From Antedon mediterranea (lineage: Eukaryota; Animalia; Echinodermata): a DNA stretch of 64,000 nucleotides. Positions within the stretch are counted from its first letter, which is position 1, and each line of letters starts with the position of its first letter. The translations under genes were made by a program, and so were the position numbers. The stretch is from contig NC_092679.1 in NCBI RefSeq assembly GCF_964355755.1, positions 10,833,432-10,897,431 of the forward strand, given 5' to 3'. This document shows, one piece after another, positions 38,422 through 50,556 of this stretch. Under the pieces are notes generated by a model, which was not told the origin of the DNA, did not search any database, and worked only from the letters and a program-made list of their open reading frames with translations.

Positions 38422-39343
38422 CATTAGTAAAAAGGTTCATCTGGATCACTGTATAGTAAAAGTAAAAGTAAATAGTAAAAGTTGTCACCAAAAAAGACGA
38501 GAAACTAACAGAAATGAAAAAGATTAAACATGCGCTCGTTGGGTGCGAGTACCCTAATTGGTCCATGGACAAGATAATCCAAAAAAGATCGGAGAAAGGA
38601 AAACAAAATGTCAAACAAAAAACAAAAGATACAACCAAAAAAAAAACAAAGGTAACATAGGGATACCTTACATACCAAGAATATCAGAAGGAATTAGACG
38701 CTGCCTATCTAGTTACAATGTCAACACTTATTTTACTCCACAAAACAAATTAAGAAGCCTTTCAGTTCACCCAAAAGACAAAATAAAAAATGATGACAAA
38801 TCTGGTGTAATATACCAAGTAAATTGCAACAACTGCGAAAAAGCATATATAGGAGAAACAGCCAGAACTTTATCCACAAGGATAAAAGAACACAAAGCAG
38901 ATGTCACTTCACATTGTACAGGGATCCTAACACGTTCAGCCAGAAATTCAGCTTCAGAAATTGTTCATAACTCAGCCATCACCGATCACATGACCACTCA
39001 CACTCATTTACCAAATTGGAACGTAAAAATACTAGGCACAGAATCATCATGGAAAGACAGGAAAATAAAAGAATCAATAAAAATAAGAAAACATGGTAAC
39101 ACTATGAACAGAGACGACGGCGGTTTGGAACTCCCAAAAGAGGAGGCCCCGACAATCCCATTTGGGAAAACCTGAACGATCTATAGATGGCGCTATACCA
39201 TATACGAGATCTAATGGTAACAAGTCCAAGTCACAGAGACTCACTCATGATTAAGCTGCGTCGTTGACCAGCGAAAGCTAGAGTAAAAAACGTAAGTTTA
39301 CGAATTTTATTCGACTTTGGATCATCCAAAAGAAAATTTACTT
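38422..39343 (+). mobile_element. 5'-truncated Penelope-like element (GIY-YIG endonuclease end plus pseudo-LTR)
   Basis: ORF 38558..39175 has GVIYQVNCNNCEKAYIGETARTLSTRIKEH..SAITDH..MNRDDG; flanked by a 16-bp direct repeat AAAATATAAATATGAA at 38406-38421 and 39344-39359. Confidence 0.88.
39243..39284 (+). ncRNA. Degenerate minimal type-I hammerhead ribozyme in the Penelope pseudo-LTR
   Basis: ACTC-ATGATTA-A-GCTG(loop)CAGC-GAAA-GC-TA-GAGT; core differs from CTGATGA at two positions. Confidence 0.55.
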
Positions 39344-41689
39344 AAAATATAAATATGAATTAAGCTATAGAATTAGGATGTGATATTAAAACAAAATGTG
39401 CACTCACTAACTTGAATTTAGATGATGCGCTCCACACAAACTTTTATATCTGATATTTTGTGGAAACACGACTTTAGAGTCAATCATTTTGGGGTTTTTT
39501 TTTTCGTTGACATTTTTTAAAATCTTAATGGTTTTTATATTTTGCAATTTTTTTGCGTGAGGTTCGGTATCTTTTTCTACTTTTTTAATTTCATTGTGGT
39601 TTAGATTTTTGCATCAAGCGAAGATATTTACTATTTACACATATCGCCGATTTGAACTCGATCCTATAACATCAGTCAGAATCACTACATTTTCACATTG
39701 TTTTATAATCTTAATTATGATTGAATAAATATTATATTTTTTACATTGAATAATTTTGTGCCATCATTGTCTTTGCCCTCGACACGGCTACCGTTCCACT
39801 CTAGGACATACTGAACCTCAATATATAGGTCTAACACCAAGTATCTACACACATTGCAATAAGATTACGTTGAAGTGTGTGCAATTCTTTAATTCTAATA
39901 CAATGTTTAACATCTTCTTCACCTGACCCACAAACCTTACACTTATCATTTAGATTATCATTTTTCATTTATTTGTAATTTTTCCAAGTTTAAATTTTAA
40001 ACTTGAGCCATAAAAATCTGTTTTATCCAATAGGAGACTCTTTTATAAAAGAATAATCAAGCAAAGATGATTTTCTTACTACTTCTTGTTTCCAAAATGA
40101 TTGTTTAATTGTATTTTAAAATGGCTTGACCCATTATTTATTATATCAAACTCAGTACCTGCACATAATATATCATTAAGAATGGCATTGAAATCGAACT
40201 TAATATATAAAGTTTTTTTCAAATTCATTAATAAATTGGTACTTTGAATTATAGTTCTTAAGTCTAATAACTAGATTACCATAAAGTGCCTGTTTTGCAG
40301 TGCTTACTCGCGCGCTTAAGTATTGTTCGCGCCATTTGTAATTGGAGAGACTCGATCCTTTGTATGTCTTTAGTATTTGAAGTAAGACATACAGCACAGT
40401 AGTCGGAAGGCCGATATTTCTTTAAATGATATCTCCATATTATACAACACGACGAATTGTTGAGTCTCTAGAATATATTAATGTATGCAATGATCCTCAG
40501 TATTACCCGTTGTGGAAATTGTCTTTGAGATTTCTAGAAATGTTTGCACCAAGCATGGATTAAGAAATAGAAAGATAGGCATCAGTTTGAGATCAAAGCT
40601 TCCATGACTCTAACCGACAGAGCGCGGACCGCCCGCAAGACCGCCCGCAATTTTACAAAATAAACACAGTTTACGCTAATGTTTTTATGACTTTAAAGTA
40701 GTATTTTATGACCTGTAGTAGCCCTAAATCTGAGACAACAACTAGTTGTTGTCTCAGCCTACATGTAAAATTACAAAATCAGCAAGGATACTTGGCCCAG
40801 ACCTTTAGGTCTATTGGTAGGCTAATCTTAAGTGTAGTAGCTACAACGTGTAATCATGATCTATATACTCACCGTTGTCTACTTCGTGTGGGAATAATAA
40901 TACAGTATAATAGACAAGGTACTTTCATGCATCGTTATTCGTTTGTTCATGGCTAAGTTTACCTTGCGTCTACTTTTCAAAACGAGCGCTAGTAGTAGTA
41001 GAGTCAGTGGTGACGTATCGCAACTATACATAGCCAGCCAATCCCCGGAGATCAGGGATCGCAGTTTTCATTCGATTAGGCCCGGCGATTGGATGTGATA
41101 TGGATGACATAACCACTAGCCAATCGCCAGGCACTAGAATTTAAATATAATCACTTAAACGATAATTAAGGAGATTTATGAAGAAACCACTGATTAGCCA
41201 TATATTAAAAACACGTTTGTTGTATACTTGAAACCTCAAACGTATATTTTAATTTTTTATAGATTAAAGCAATTTTTAATGACAGGAAGTGGCAGACCAA
41301 TATGATAATTCAAATATAAAAATTGTATATTTTATTAATATTACCAACTACTTAAAATTTCCGGACGTAAGAAAGTGAACTTTTCGTAGTCCGATTGTGA
41401 TGAAATTAAAACAGTATTGTTCAGCAATATATGGTTATTGTCAATCATCGACGCAGACATGTCAATAGCACTGCGCATACGATTTCTACATGGCTACGTT
41501 TTGTTCTCAAAAAATTAACAGTTGATTGGCAGCGTTCTATAGAGACACAGAGTTCAATGAGCGTATTTGTTTGATTGGCAGCAGTGCTTTAGTATAGGTT
41601 GGAAAATCAGTTATAGTGAGTATAGTAACAATTTTTAGTAAAACAATCTTTTCACTTCACCATTGCTAATACCCTTCCTCTTCATAACA

Positions 41690-42310
41690 GATATACCATT
41701 GGCAGCAACTTTATCATGTAAGATTCTTACATGATAAAGTTACTATCATTGGTATTTCCGTATATCCCAATGTGTAACAGTTACAATGCAAAAGAAATTA
41801 GCCGTGTTGCTCTTCGCATGATTAAACCTTGTATGACCAAACGGGCATTTTTGGGCTACTGTCTGGGGAAACTTGCAGGATAAAGTTGCCGTCAGTGGTA
41901 TTTTTGTACATCCCAATGTGTAACTTTTATTTATAATGCAAATGAAATTAGCCGTGTGGCTCTTCGCATGATTAAATCTTGTATGGTCCAACAGGCATTT
42001 TTGGGCTACTGTCTGGGGCAACTTACCGGATAAAGTTGCTGTCAGTGGTATTTTTTTTGCATCCCAACAGTTACAATGCAAAAGGAATTAGCTGTGTGGC
42101 TCTTGACATGAATAACACCAATTTTTAGTGGTCACTTGGGGCTACTGTCTGGGGAAACTTACAGGATAAAGTTGCTGTCATTGCTGTTTTAACATTCTAT
42201 ACACATATGCGGAGAATGTCCCAACAACTTTTATCTGTGTGGTATTTCCATGTTTGACCCCACCCCCACTATTTGGTGTCCCCAGGAAAAATTTACAGGA
42301 TATGACCCAG
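41690..42310. repeat. ~130-bp tandem repeat array, ~4 diverged units
   Basis: Recurrent TTGGGCTACTGTCTGGGGAAACTT..GGATAAAGTTGCTGTCAGTGGTATTT. Confidence 0.8.
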
Positions 42311-42419
42311 CAGCAATATTGATTATTAAATCTTAGCCATATATCTACATAATCAGCCCATCAAACTTTTTGTGGCTTTTTACATGAATAAATTCTCTCC
42401 ATTTATTTTGTCATTTTTA

Positions 42420-42653
42420 GGTTTTTTTGCTTTTCTGTACTTTTTGAACTGTTTTGATGTACAGACAATTAGTCGCGTGGGTGGACGCGACTCAATAGTT
42501 CACTATGTCAGTCGGTCCGGTATCACTATGCGTTTTTTCGCTTTTCTGTACTTTTTGAACTGTTTTGATGGACAGAAAAGTTTTAAAGTACATTACTTTT
42601 TGAAAGTTCATTTTTTCTGAGAGCACGCGACTTATGGCTGTTGGCCTTGTTTT
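42420..42653 (+). mobile_element. HINE copy, opposite orientation to the copies at 2.7-4.1 kb
   Basis: TTAGTCGCGTGG..ACGCGACTC..AGCACGCGACTTATGGCTGTTGGCCTTGTTTT. Confidence 0.7.
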
Positions 42654-43115
42654 CTATGGAAGTGATTAACTTTATTAAAACTACAAAATAACATTCACAT
42701 CAAAGATCAAACTCCGGAGTTTTGACACAAAATATATAGCCGGTCTATAAAAATAATATAACATATTAATGACTTGAAAACGATTTTTAAACCATAAAAT
42801 TTCAATTTAAATGATTTTAATGATCGCCGCGACGTAAAACCAACAGAATAGAGGGCAGCATTTACGATTGTTTTTGACACTGTTTGATGCCTAGTTCAAT
42901 TATCTATTAAACGGTTAAGAAAAATATATGGTTTTTTTTCTCACAAAAACGCTATTAAAAACATCTATTGCCTTTTATCACATCGGTGGCCAATTGTCAC
43001 ACGGTAACAGAGGACAATGGTTTTGGTCAACACAACTGTATTTTCAGCTACACTAGCAAACCAAACTAATAATGCTACACTGTACACAAACATTACATTA
43101 GGTTATACAAAAACT

Positions 43116-43121
43116 TTTATT
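43116..43121 (-). terminator. Candidate polyadenylation signal of the SR gene
   Basis: AATAAA on the minus strand ~390 nt after the stop codon. Confidence 0.5.
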
Positions 43122-43512
43122 CCACTTATCAAAAAAAAAAAAACTACAGAAACCAAATAACAGTCGCTATTTAAGAATACTAACTAACTTAAAATTACAA
43201 ATAAAAAGGTCAATTTATACCAGGAAATTTATAGAAATCTGAAGGGATTTAACTTATTTGTATTCATTTACATACACATATTAACTACTTCATATTCATG
43301 TAGTCTGTAGCGTAAATACATTACTAAAACTTTCAAATTGATATGCAATACAAATAAAAAAAAAAGTGATATATCAATATGTACAGTGCAGTTTGAGTAA
43401 TCATTATTTGTATTGGATTATTTGCTCAATAGCAATCAATTACTCTGTAGTCATGCATATTTCTAGATAGTATCAAGATTGTACTTTTTAGATGCTACCT
43501 GTAAATTTAAGT

Positions 43513-43744
43513 TTAGTCATCTTTTTTAGGACTAATTGATCTGGACTTGGAGCGAGATCTTGATTTACTCCTGTCTTTAGTTTGACGAGGCGATTTGCTT
43601 CCACCACCAGATTTGCTACGGCTACGACTTCTACTCTTACTTCTTGATCGACTTCTGCTCATAGAACGACTCTTGGAACGTGAATGTCTGGAGCGGCTGC
43701 GAGATCTTGATCGAGACTGGCTACGAGATGGGCTTCTGCTGCTT
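43513..43744 (-). CDS. SRSF4/5/6: SRSF4/5/6 terminal exon (RS domain)
   Basis: ORF 43513..43770 frame; RS dipeptide repeats to PKKDD-stop. Confidence 0.9.
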
Positions 43745-46700
43745 CTATTGAGGCATAATATAAAATACATGAAAGTAAATAAATCAAATCAGTACTACAG
43801 CTTACAGACTGTTGAGATACACGAGCACAGATGTAAGGAATGATTCGACCAACTGATGAGCAAACAAGACATAACCAAAATTGGCGGCTTTGATAATAAA
43901 CCAAAAAAAATAAGCTCTATGGCTTTGAACTGTTTGCAGTCATCATGGAAATTTAATCCGTCAACTTTACGCAACATACTAAATACACTTTGGTTTAATG
44001 AAGTAGCTAAATTCAACAATTGAACTAATGTAAAGCCCAAAATATCGATCAGGCCTAGCCTAGGCATGGTTAGTCTAATTGTGTTTTCTTTTAAACATTT
44101 ACGAACCCAGATGTTATGTTGTTTGTTCAGGTGTAATTAAAACATTTAAATAAATTGCTCAAAACAATGATGAAATTCCTCCTCACCGCGATCGACACGC
44201 GTGGTGCCATGGGAGGATTGATCGCTAAAATAATGTTTGAATTGGAATAAAAAAGCTTATGACATTTCTTAGGTAATTTGTTATGAAATATATAGTGTCA
44301 AGAAACTCAAATCACGAAAATAAAAGGCCGCAAAATAGTTAAAAATGTAAAATCGGCTTTACAGTAACTGAAAACAGTAGGTCTAGGCCTAAAAGAACGG
44401 TCCATTACAAAGGGCAACATGTTAATAATAATGAATATGCAGCCTAGTTTGCACATAAAATTGAAGTTAATAATTCTTGCATATAAATGAGAGTCCAACT
44501 ATACAAAGTTACTTACCGATGGCTCTTGCGTGGCCGATCTTCTTCAATTCTGATACGACGTCCATTAATCTCAGAGTCATCCAATTTTGTAATAGCATTG
44601 CGCATGTCAGGAAGGGTAGCAAATTCAACAATCCTGAAGCAATTATAAAGTGTTATCAATTATATCATGTTGTAATGATGAGAATATTTTTCGCTAATTT
44701 ACCAAGGTATCATAAAATGTAGTTTTTTCTCCAAATAAAATCCACTTTAAGAAATTCCACCAATTAGTGATCAAAATCCACAAGTTGCAGCACAATTTTT
44801 TGATATTGATATCAAGGAATTTCCCCAGACTGTGAAAGCACCGGCCTACATTTTATTTTGTAAATTTTCCTTAAAAAATGGTGAACTTTTTAAAAATTTG
44901 GAAAAAAAATGTTCTAGCTTAGTGCACACAGAGGTAGATTGGTTACAAGAAAGTCAACTTTATTTAATCAATTTTACTTTAAGGTACTGTAAATTGCACA
45001 AAAACCCATTGCACCATACAAAGCTACATTGTCTTTAAATAATTAGAATATACAATCAAGTTACCCTTCATTCTTGTGTTGTTTGTGAGCATCGGCAAAC
45101 GTCACTTCTCCAGCCTGCCTCATGTAATCTTTCAAGTCCTGTTTAAATACACATACAAAATGCAATATATTAAAATACAAGAAAAGTTAAAAGCAGTATC
45201 TGTAAGACAAATCAGATTAAAACAAATATTTTCAAAAAAGTCAATGCAAATGAAGATAAATATATTGCTGCAATAGAAAACTCTGTGAATGGAATAGGGA
45301 AACTTGAATTGACATTCACTGCAGAGTCTTCTCAGTTGGTCTGGAAACATCAATGTATGCCATCATGTGGTACGGCACCTGTGTGTAAGGTATTGCTGGT
45401 TAGTGCACGAGGTGTTTGAAGGTTAAATCAAGCTTTATACTACTGTAGTTTAACTGTATAGACGTCAAAGGAATAGTATGTCACTATAATAACAAAATCT
45501 TGAATTAAAGTTTTTTTTAAAAATTGCAATCTTTTTTTCTAAAGCTGGATTTAAACAATTAAAAAAAAACAATTATGAACATTATGTTTTCATGCAAACA
45601 ATTTCTAATTTACAAACATCAAAGTGTTTTCCTTTCCAATTAAATGAATGTGCTTCCAAACAGAAATTAAAGTGAAATTTCACATTCAAGTCGGCCAAAA
45701 AAATTTATACATTACAATTAGTATGTATTTCATGCAATTTATAATAATTGTGTAATTCAAGTCATGTCATTAACGGATGAGAAACAAATAAATCTAAAAA
45801 AATTAAAACTTACCAAATATACTCCTATTGTATATTTAAATTTAAAATCAATTTTTCCAAATTTTATTATTTCTTTCTCATAAATTTGTTTACCCGGGAT
45901 TTTCTCATTACTATACCTGCACTGGAATGCCGATTAGAACACTCCTATAGAAATTACACCAGGTAGTCAATAGAATGCAATCAGTCACACAGATCAGATG
46001 GCGAGTCAACAGAACCACCGACATCTTTGGAGTAGCGGCCTACTACTCTCAGGATCAGTCAACCTAAAGGACTTGACACGTCTTTAGGACATGACCGCAG
46101 TTGAAATTTAGAAACTTTTAGATTGAACCAGGTTTTCAATCTGTCCATGGTGCTGATGTCGCCAATTCTTTTATCTTTTAATTTGCCATAGGCATTAACT
46201 AATAGCCAGATAGGCTCCAGAACGATTTTTCTCTTTAGAATGATGATGCAGTAGCCAATTTTGAAGACACGCATCTAGGCATCCTAGAGGTAGACTGGCA
46301 AGTAGTTTACTAAGCGGCCCTTGTCAAGTCTGTGCCCAGGGAGCGAGTGCCTCTCAACATCATCATCAACCTCTTAGAGAGCCTCTAGTTAGCATGACCC
46401 TCAGACAAAAACGGCATCAGCCGGTGGCAAGCTAGTATTTAAGGAAGCACAACATATTTTTAGTCAATAATTTAATTTTATAATTGGTCTCATGCACACT
46501 CTCTTAATGCAGGATCTGACTTGCACACCTACCATTATAGTTATTAATGGATATTAAATTCAACAATAATCAAGGTATTTACATGTAATTAATGCAAACC
46601 CTCACAACCAGTTCCTAAAATAAAGGGGAAAAACTGTATAGTAATCAATTAAAATATAAAAATAATTTAAAAACCTGAATATCAACAATAGTAATGAAAA

Positions 46701-47498
46701 GTAGTATTTACCTGCCAACTAACACGACTTGAAAGATTTTTAACAATAACTCTAAATTCAGTTCGCACTGGAGGACCATACCTGCAAAGTAGTGAAAACA
46801 TTTATCACATACTGTGAAATACACCACATTTTTAAGAATAATTCTCATTGGTAAAAAATAAATGATGCTAAACCTACTTGTCTAATCCTCCTCTACTACG
46901 CCTTGGTGGTCCATAGCTGTAACCACCACCGCCGCCGCCGCCGCCACCACCACCTCCTCCTCCTCCTCCTCCACCACCACGATGATCATCTCGTCTTCCA
47001 GGACCACGAGCATGTTCAATAATAACTCTACAATGAAAACATTATTACAGAATGTCACTGAATTCTCATCATTGAACATTAACATAGTTTAGAATATTTT
47101 CAGAGTTACAATTCTTGTAATAAATATAGTCTTACTTATCACCACACAGTTCCCTGCCATTTAATTCATAAACTGCATCATCAGCATCACGATAGTCATC
47201 AAACTCCTAAAAAAAGTATTTCCTTGTTAAATGTTTGTTCAACATTTATTTCGAATGACAAATTTGTTCATAATTTACAAAAACAAAATCAAAAAAATTT
47301 TAATAAAAATACACAAATTCACACTGCTGACATGTAAAATTATATTAAGCTCTTTAATTGAACAAATCAACTTACTACAAATCCAAATCCATTTTTTAAG
47401 TTGATTTCTCGTATTCTTCCATATCCTCTGAAAAATCTTTCAACATCCTTTTCACGTGCCTGATAACTCAGCCTCCCAATATAAATTCTACTTCCCAT
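43513..47498 (-). CDS. SRSF4/5/6: Serine/arginine-rich splicing factor of the SRSF4/5/6 (B52/SRp55/SRp40) family, 7 coding exons, 278 aa
   Basis: Exons 47498-47376, 47206-47136, 47027-46878, 46781-46712, 45138-45065, 44633-44517 and 43744-43513 (837 nt). RRM1 [58 protein letters not shown], Gly linker, pseudo-RRM with SWQDLKD, C-terminal RS domain. Confidence 0.95.
44517..44633 (-). CDS. SRSF4/5/6: SRSF4/5/6 coding exon 6
   Basis: [38 protein letters not shown]; donor TCG|GTAAGT. Confidence 0.93.
45065..45138 (-). CDS. SRSF4/5/6: SRSF4/5/6 coding exon 5
   Basis: [25 protein letters not shown]. Confidence 0.93.
46712..46781 (-). CDS. SRSF4/5/6: SRSF4/5/6 coding exon 4
   Basis: [23 protein letters not shown]; donor CAG|GTAAAT. 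Confidence 0.93.
46878..47027 (-). CDS. SRSF4/5/6: SRSF4/5/6 coding exon 3 (poly-Gly linker)
   Basis: [16 protein letters not shown], then a poly-Gly run, then [14 protein letters not shown]. Confidence 0.9.
47136..47206 (-). CDS. SRSF4/5/6: SRSF4/5/6 coding exon 2
   Basis: [23 protein letters not shown]. Confidence 0.93.
47376..47498 (-). CDS. SRSF4/5/6: SRSF4/5/6 coding exon 1 (RRM1 N-part)
   Basis: ATG at 47498; donor GTA|GTAAGT; NAGNAG acceptor (CAGTAG) just upstream at 47507-47512. Confidence 0.93.
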
Positions 47499-47796
47499 TT
47501 TCACACCTACTGTAGGAAAGTTAGATACCATAAATAAACAAAATCCACAATGCCTAAGTCGAATCTAATGGAATACAGACCTTCATTTGAAGAAACAGGA
47601 GCACTCAACAGCTCCCCTTAAGTTTTCAAGAAGCTAGATTTTTCTCTCCACCACCCCCTCTCCCACCGGAGTTGGGGTGGAGTTTAGTTTATAATGGAGT
47701 AGCTATTAAATTGTGTTGATTATAAACATCAGTAATGTACAGTAGGCCTGGTGGGTATATTATTTATTAATTAGTACATACTGTATCTATGCAGAA

Positions 47797-48630
47797 TAGA
47801 TTTAACATAGGCCTTTTTTAAAATGATTACGACATGTGTAAAGAAAAAGGCCCGACCAGAATTTGGAGGGAAAAACATGCGAGTCATAGGAACAACAGTT
47901 AAGATAGAGTATTATTTATTATATTTCATGTCATGTGACACAAAATCCAGGTACACAACCTTAATTAATGTTTTATCGTCAGACGGCAGCCACCCGCTCG
48001 TACTGTGTTAAGAAAAAAAAGAAAAGAGAGATTGCGGTAAAGCAGAGATTATTGCGTTTCATGCCATGCGACCAAAAAAACTAGGTCTGTATTAATTACG
48101 GCCTTCTGTCGGCAGTCTTTTTGGGCAACCGATTGAATGTTCCGATATACTATATTTAGAATGAATTTGTTACAATCCTTTTTCTTTACATCGTTTCTAA
48201 ATCGACTGGACGTTCGCTATATTATGTTTATTACTGTAGTTGGCTTGTTCATTGAGGTTCACCTGTGTTGGATTGTTTACATCGTGGGAAACTTCTATTT
48301 GCCGTTGAGTAGATAAACACGCACAAAGGAACGATTACAATTAAAAAACATATATTTTTTAGTAATTTACAACTTGGTCTTCCACCAGTTAAATTTAACG
48401 CATTAATTTCACACCTTATTTCACTAAAAACATCGTAGGGGTGTTTATTTTAGGTTACGAACTCCCTACGAAGTTCAGAACGCAGCTGATGGAAAGTTGT
48501 TTATTGAGGTTACTAAGCCAAACAATGTAACCTACAAAGCCAACAATGTAACCTACAAAGCCAACAACATAGCCTACGTTCTATCTACCAAGTCTTCGTA
48601 GGTAAAGTTGCAGTATTTTCTTTCTGTACT
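47797..48630. mobile_element. Truncated inverted copy of the 50557-51957 MITE
   Basis: Reverse complement of 50557-51395 along its length. Confidence 0.85.
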
Positions 48631-50556
48631 TCATTTATATAGGGAGCAACTTGTTTACATCGTTCGTGGCTAAAAACAATAATTTTCAGCGATTTACTAG
48701 ACCGTATATTTCGGAAACTACAAGTCAGATTTTCATAATTTCTTTAATTTTAATAAACTAAAAACTGTGATAAATTAGAACCTTCATCGTACGGTACAGG
48801 ACCGAAAGGCATACGTAAAACATTGGATTCGTAAAATCTGGATTGACCTTAAATTGACCCTAAATACGTAGAGATCGTAGCTATAAAGGCTACCACGTTT
48901 GCATACTTTACTGTACAGCATACAGGTGGTCACTAGCTAGGCCTTGCCTAGACTATTCACGTCAGGCTAGCAAGATGCGAGGCCTAACTAGAAAAGTACA
49001 GTATATACAGTCTTTGCATTTAAATAAAGTGTTATAAATAAAATATCAATGTTCTTGTAATTTCTATCAATAAAAACAGTCGCTGCTGCTGTAGGGGGAA
49101 TGCATGTCTCTCGCACAGCCATGGCTTTGTTTGTTATGGGTTATTTTAAGCGTATGTAAATAGGTATCCCAATGAAAGCGTACAGAGGGGTATCACTTTT
49201 GAAATATTAAAAAAATTCGAATAAGTAGTATGACTTTGATGGTAAATAAATCGTGTTCACTCTTAATTAATACTTTAAAAATTTATATTGTTTGAAAGTA
49301 CTTGTTTTAATCTATGTATAAGTGTGTTTACAATTAAAATTAATGAAGTAGTTGCCGAGAAAATGCGATTTTAAAACGGTTCTAAAATCCCGTCGAGCCG
49401 ATTTCCGCGCGTTGAAAAGCTCATCGGAAAATCCCCATCAGTTTTCAAAACACGATTACCATTGAAGCTAGCGGATTAATTTTTGTTGTATGTTATCAGG
49501 CTTTAAATGAGCTTTAATTTGATGTGAAAATCGTCTTCTATAAACAGGTTTTTCGTAACGAAAGATCAATTTTGGTGACCAAAAAACAATTTTGAATCAC
49601 CGTTTATGGAAATTTTTTTTATGGATTTTGGTATTAAATTATAGCTAAATCTACATTGAAATCGATAAAACATAGATTACAAACGTATTGTGCATGGTAA
49701 TTGTGCAAACTACATTTTAAAATGGTGCATGAGGCGTAAATCCCGTTCAGAATTTCGAACCATTATAATCCGGTGAATATTGTAGTGAGTAAAATATTGT
49801 ACTGTAAAGTACGCGCTAGTTTGTTGTGACGTTTTCCGTTTAATACATCAATGCACCCTATCAGCGAATGGTACGTTCCATATTTTGAACACGTTGTTTT
49901 AGTTTTCCTCGCTCGACTTCGGCCGGCTCGACGCGAGATGTGTGACAGCAGCGATGTCGGAGATTGACATGTCCTATTCCGTCGTAGAATATCTGGTTTT
50001 ACACATTAATTTAACAACTTAAAATTGATGTAATGTGCGGAAGATTTATTATGCAAGTATACAATGCAAATGCGTTAGGTTAAAATGTACCGAAGAAATG
50101 TATTATTAAGCTAATTTACCAACGTTACATTTGACTCTGTATACGGCGGTCGAAAGTCATTAACTGCGACCGAAATACTTTAACGGGAGCGACTAAACTT
50201 TAGCTCCGTATTTCAATTTAATAACGTAATAATACGAAAAGAAAACAATTTTTATAATGTTATATATACTATTCAGGTAAACAATTAATTGTTTTAATTA
50301 ACATTGATTATTTTAAATGAGTTTATTTTGACCCATATTGTGCGTTTGCCTTAAAAGAGCATTACTTAGCAGCCCGGCTTAGATTTGGTGTCATAATCAT
50401 ACGGGCCTAAAATCTTGTTTTACGTATTCAAAAGTTATATATAATAGTATTTATGATTGAAATTATAAATATAAAGTATATTAAAATATTCTAATAATTA
50501 TACTTACCGAAAATTAGTGTAAAAGAAAGGAAACAGTACACACCGTTTTTAACATA

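Noticed and set aside
43845-43890. CTGATGAG on the plus strand as a hammerhead core
   Set aside because: No helix II or GAAA follows.
46300-46375. Box C-like ATGATGA inside the SR intron (possible C/D snoRNA)
   Set aside because: No box D (CTGA) with a terminal stem at a plausible distance; better explained as part of the poison-exon block.
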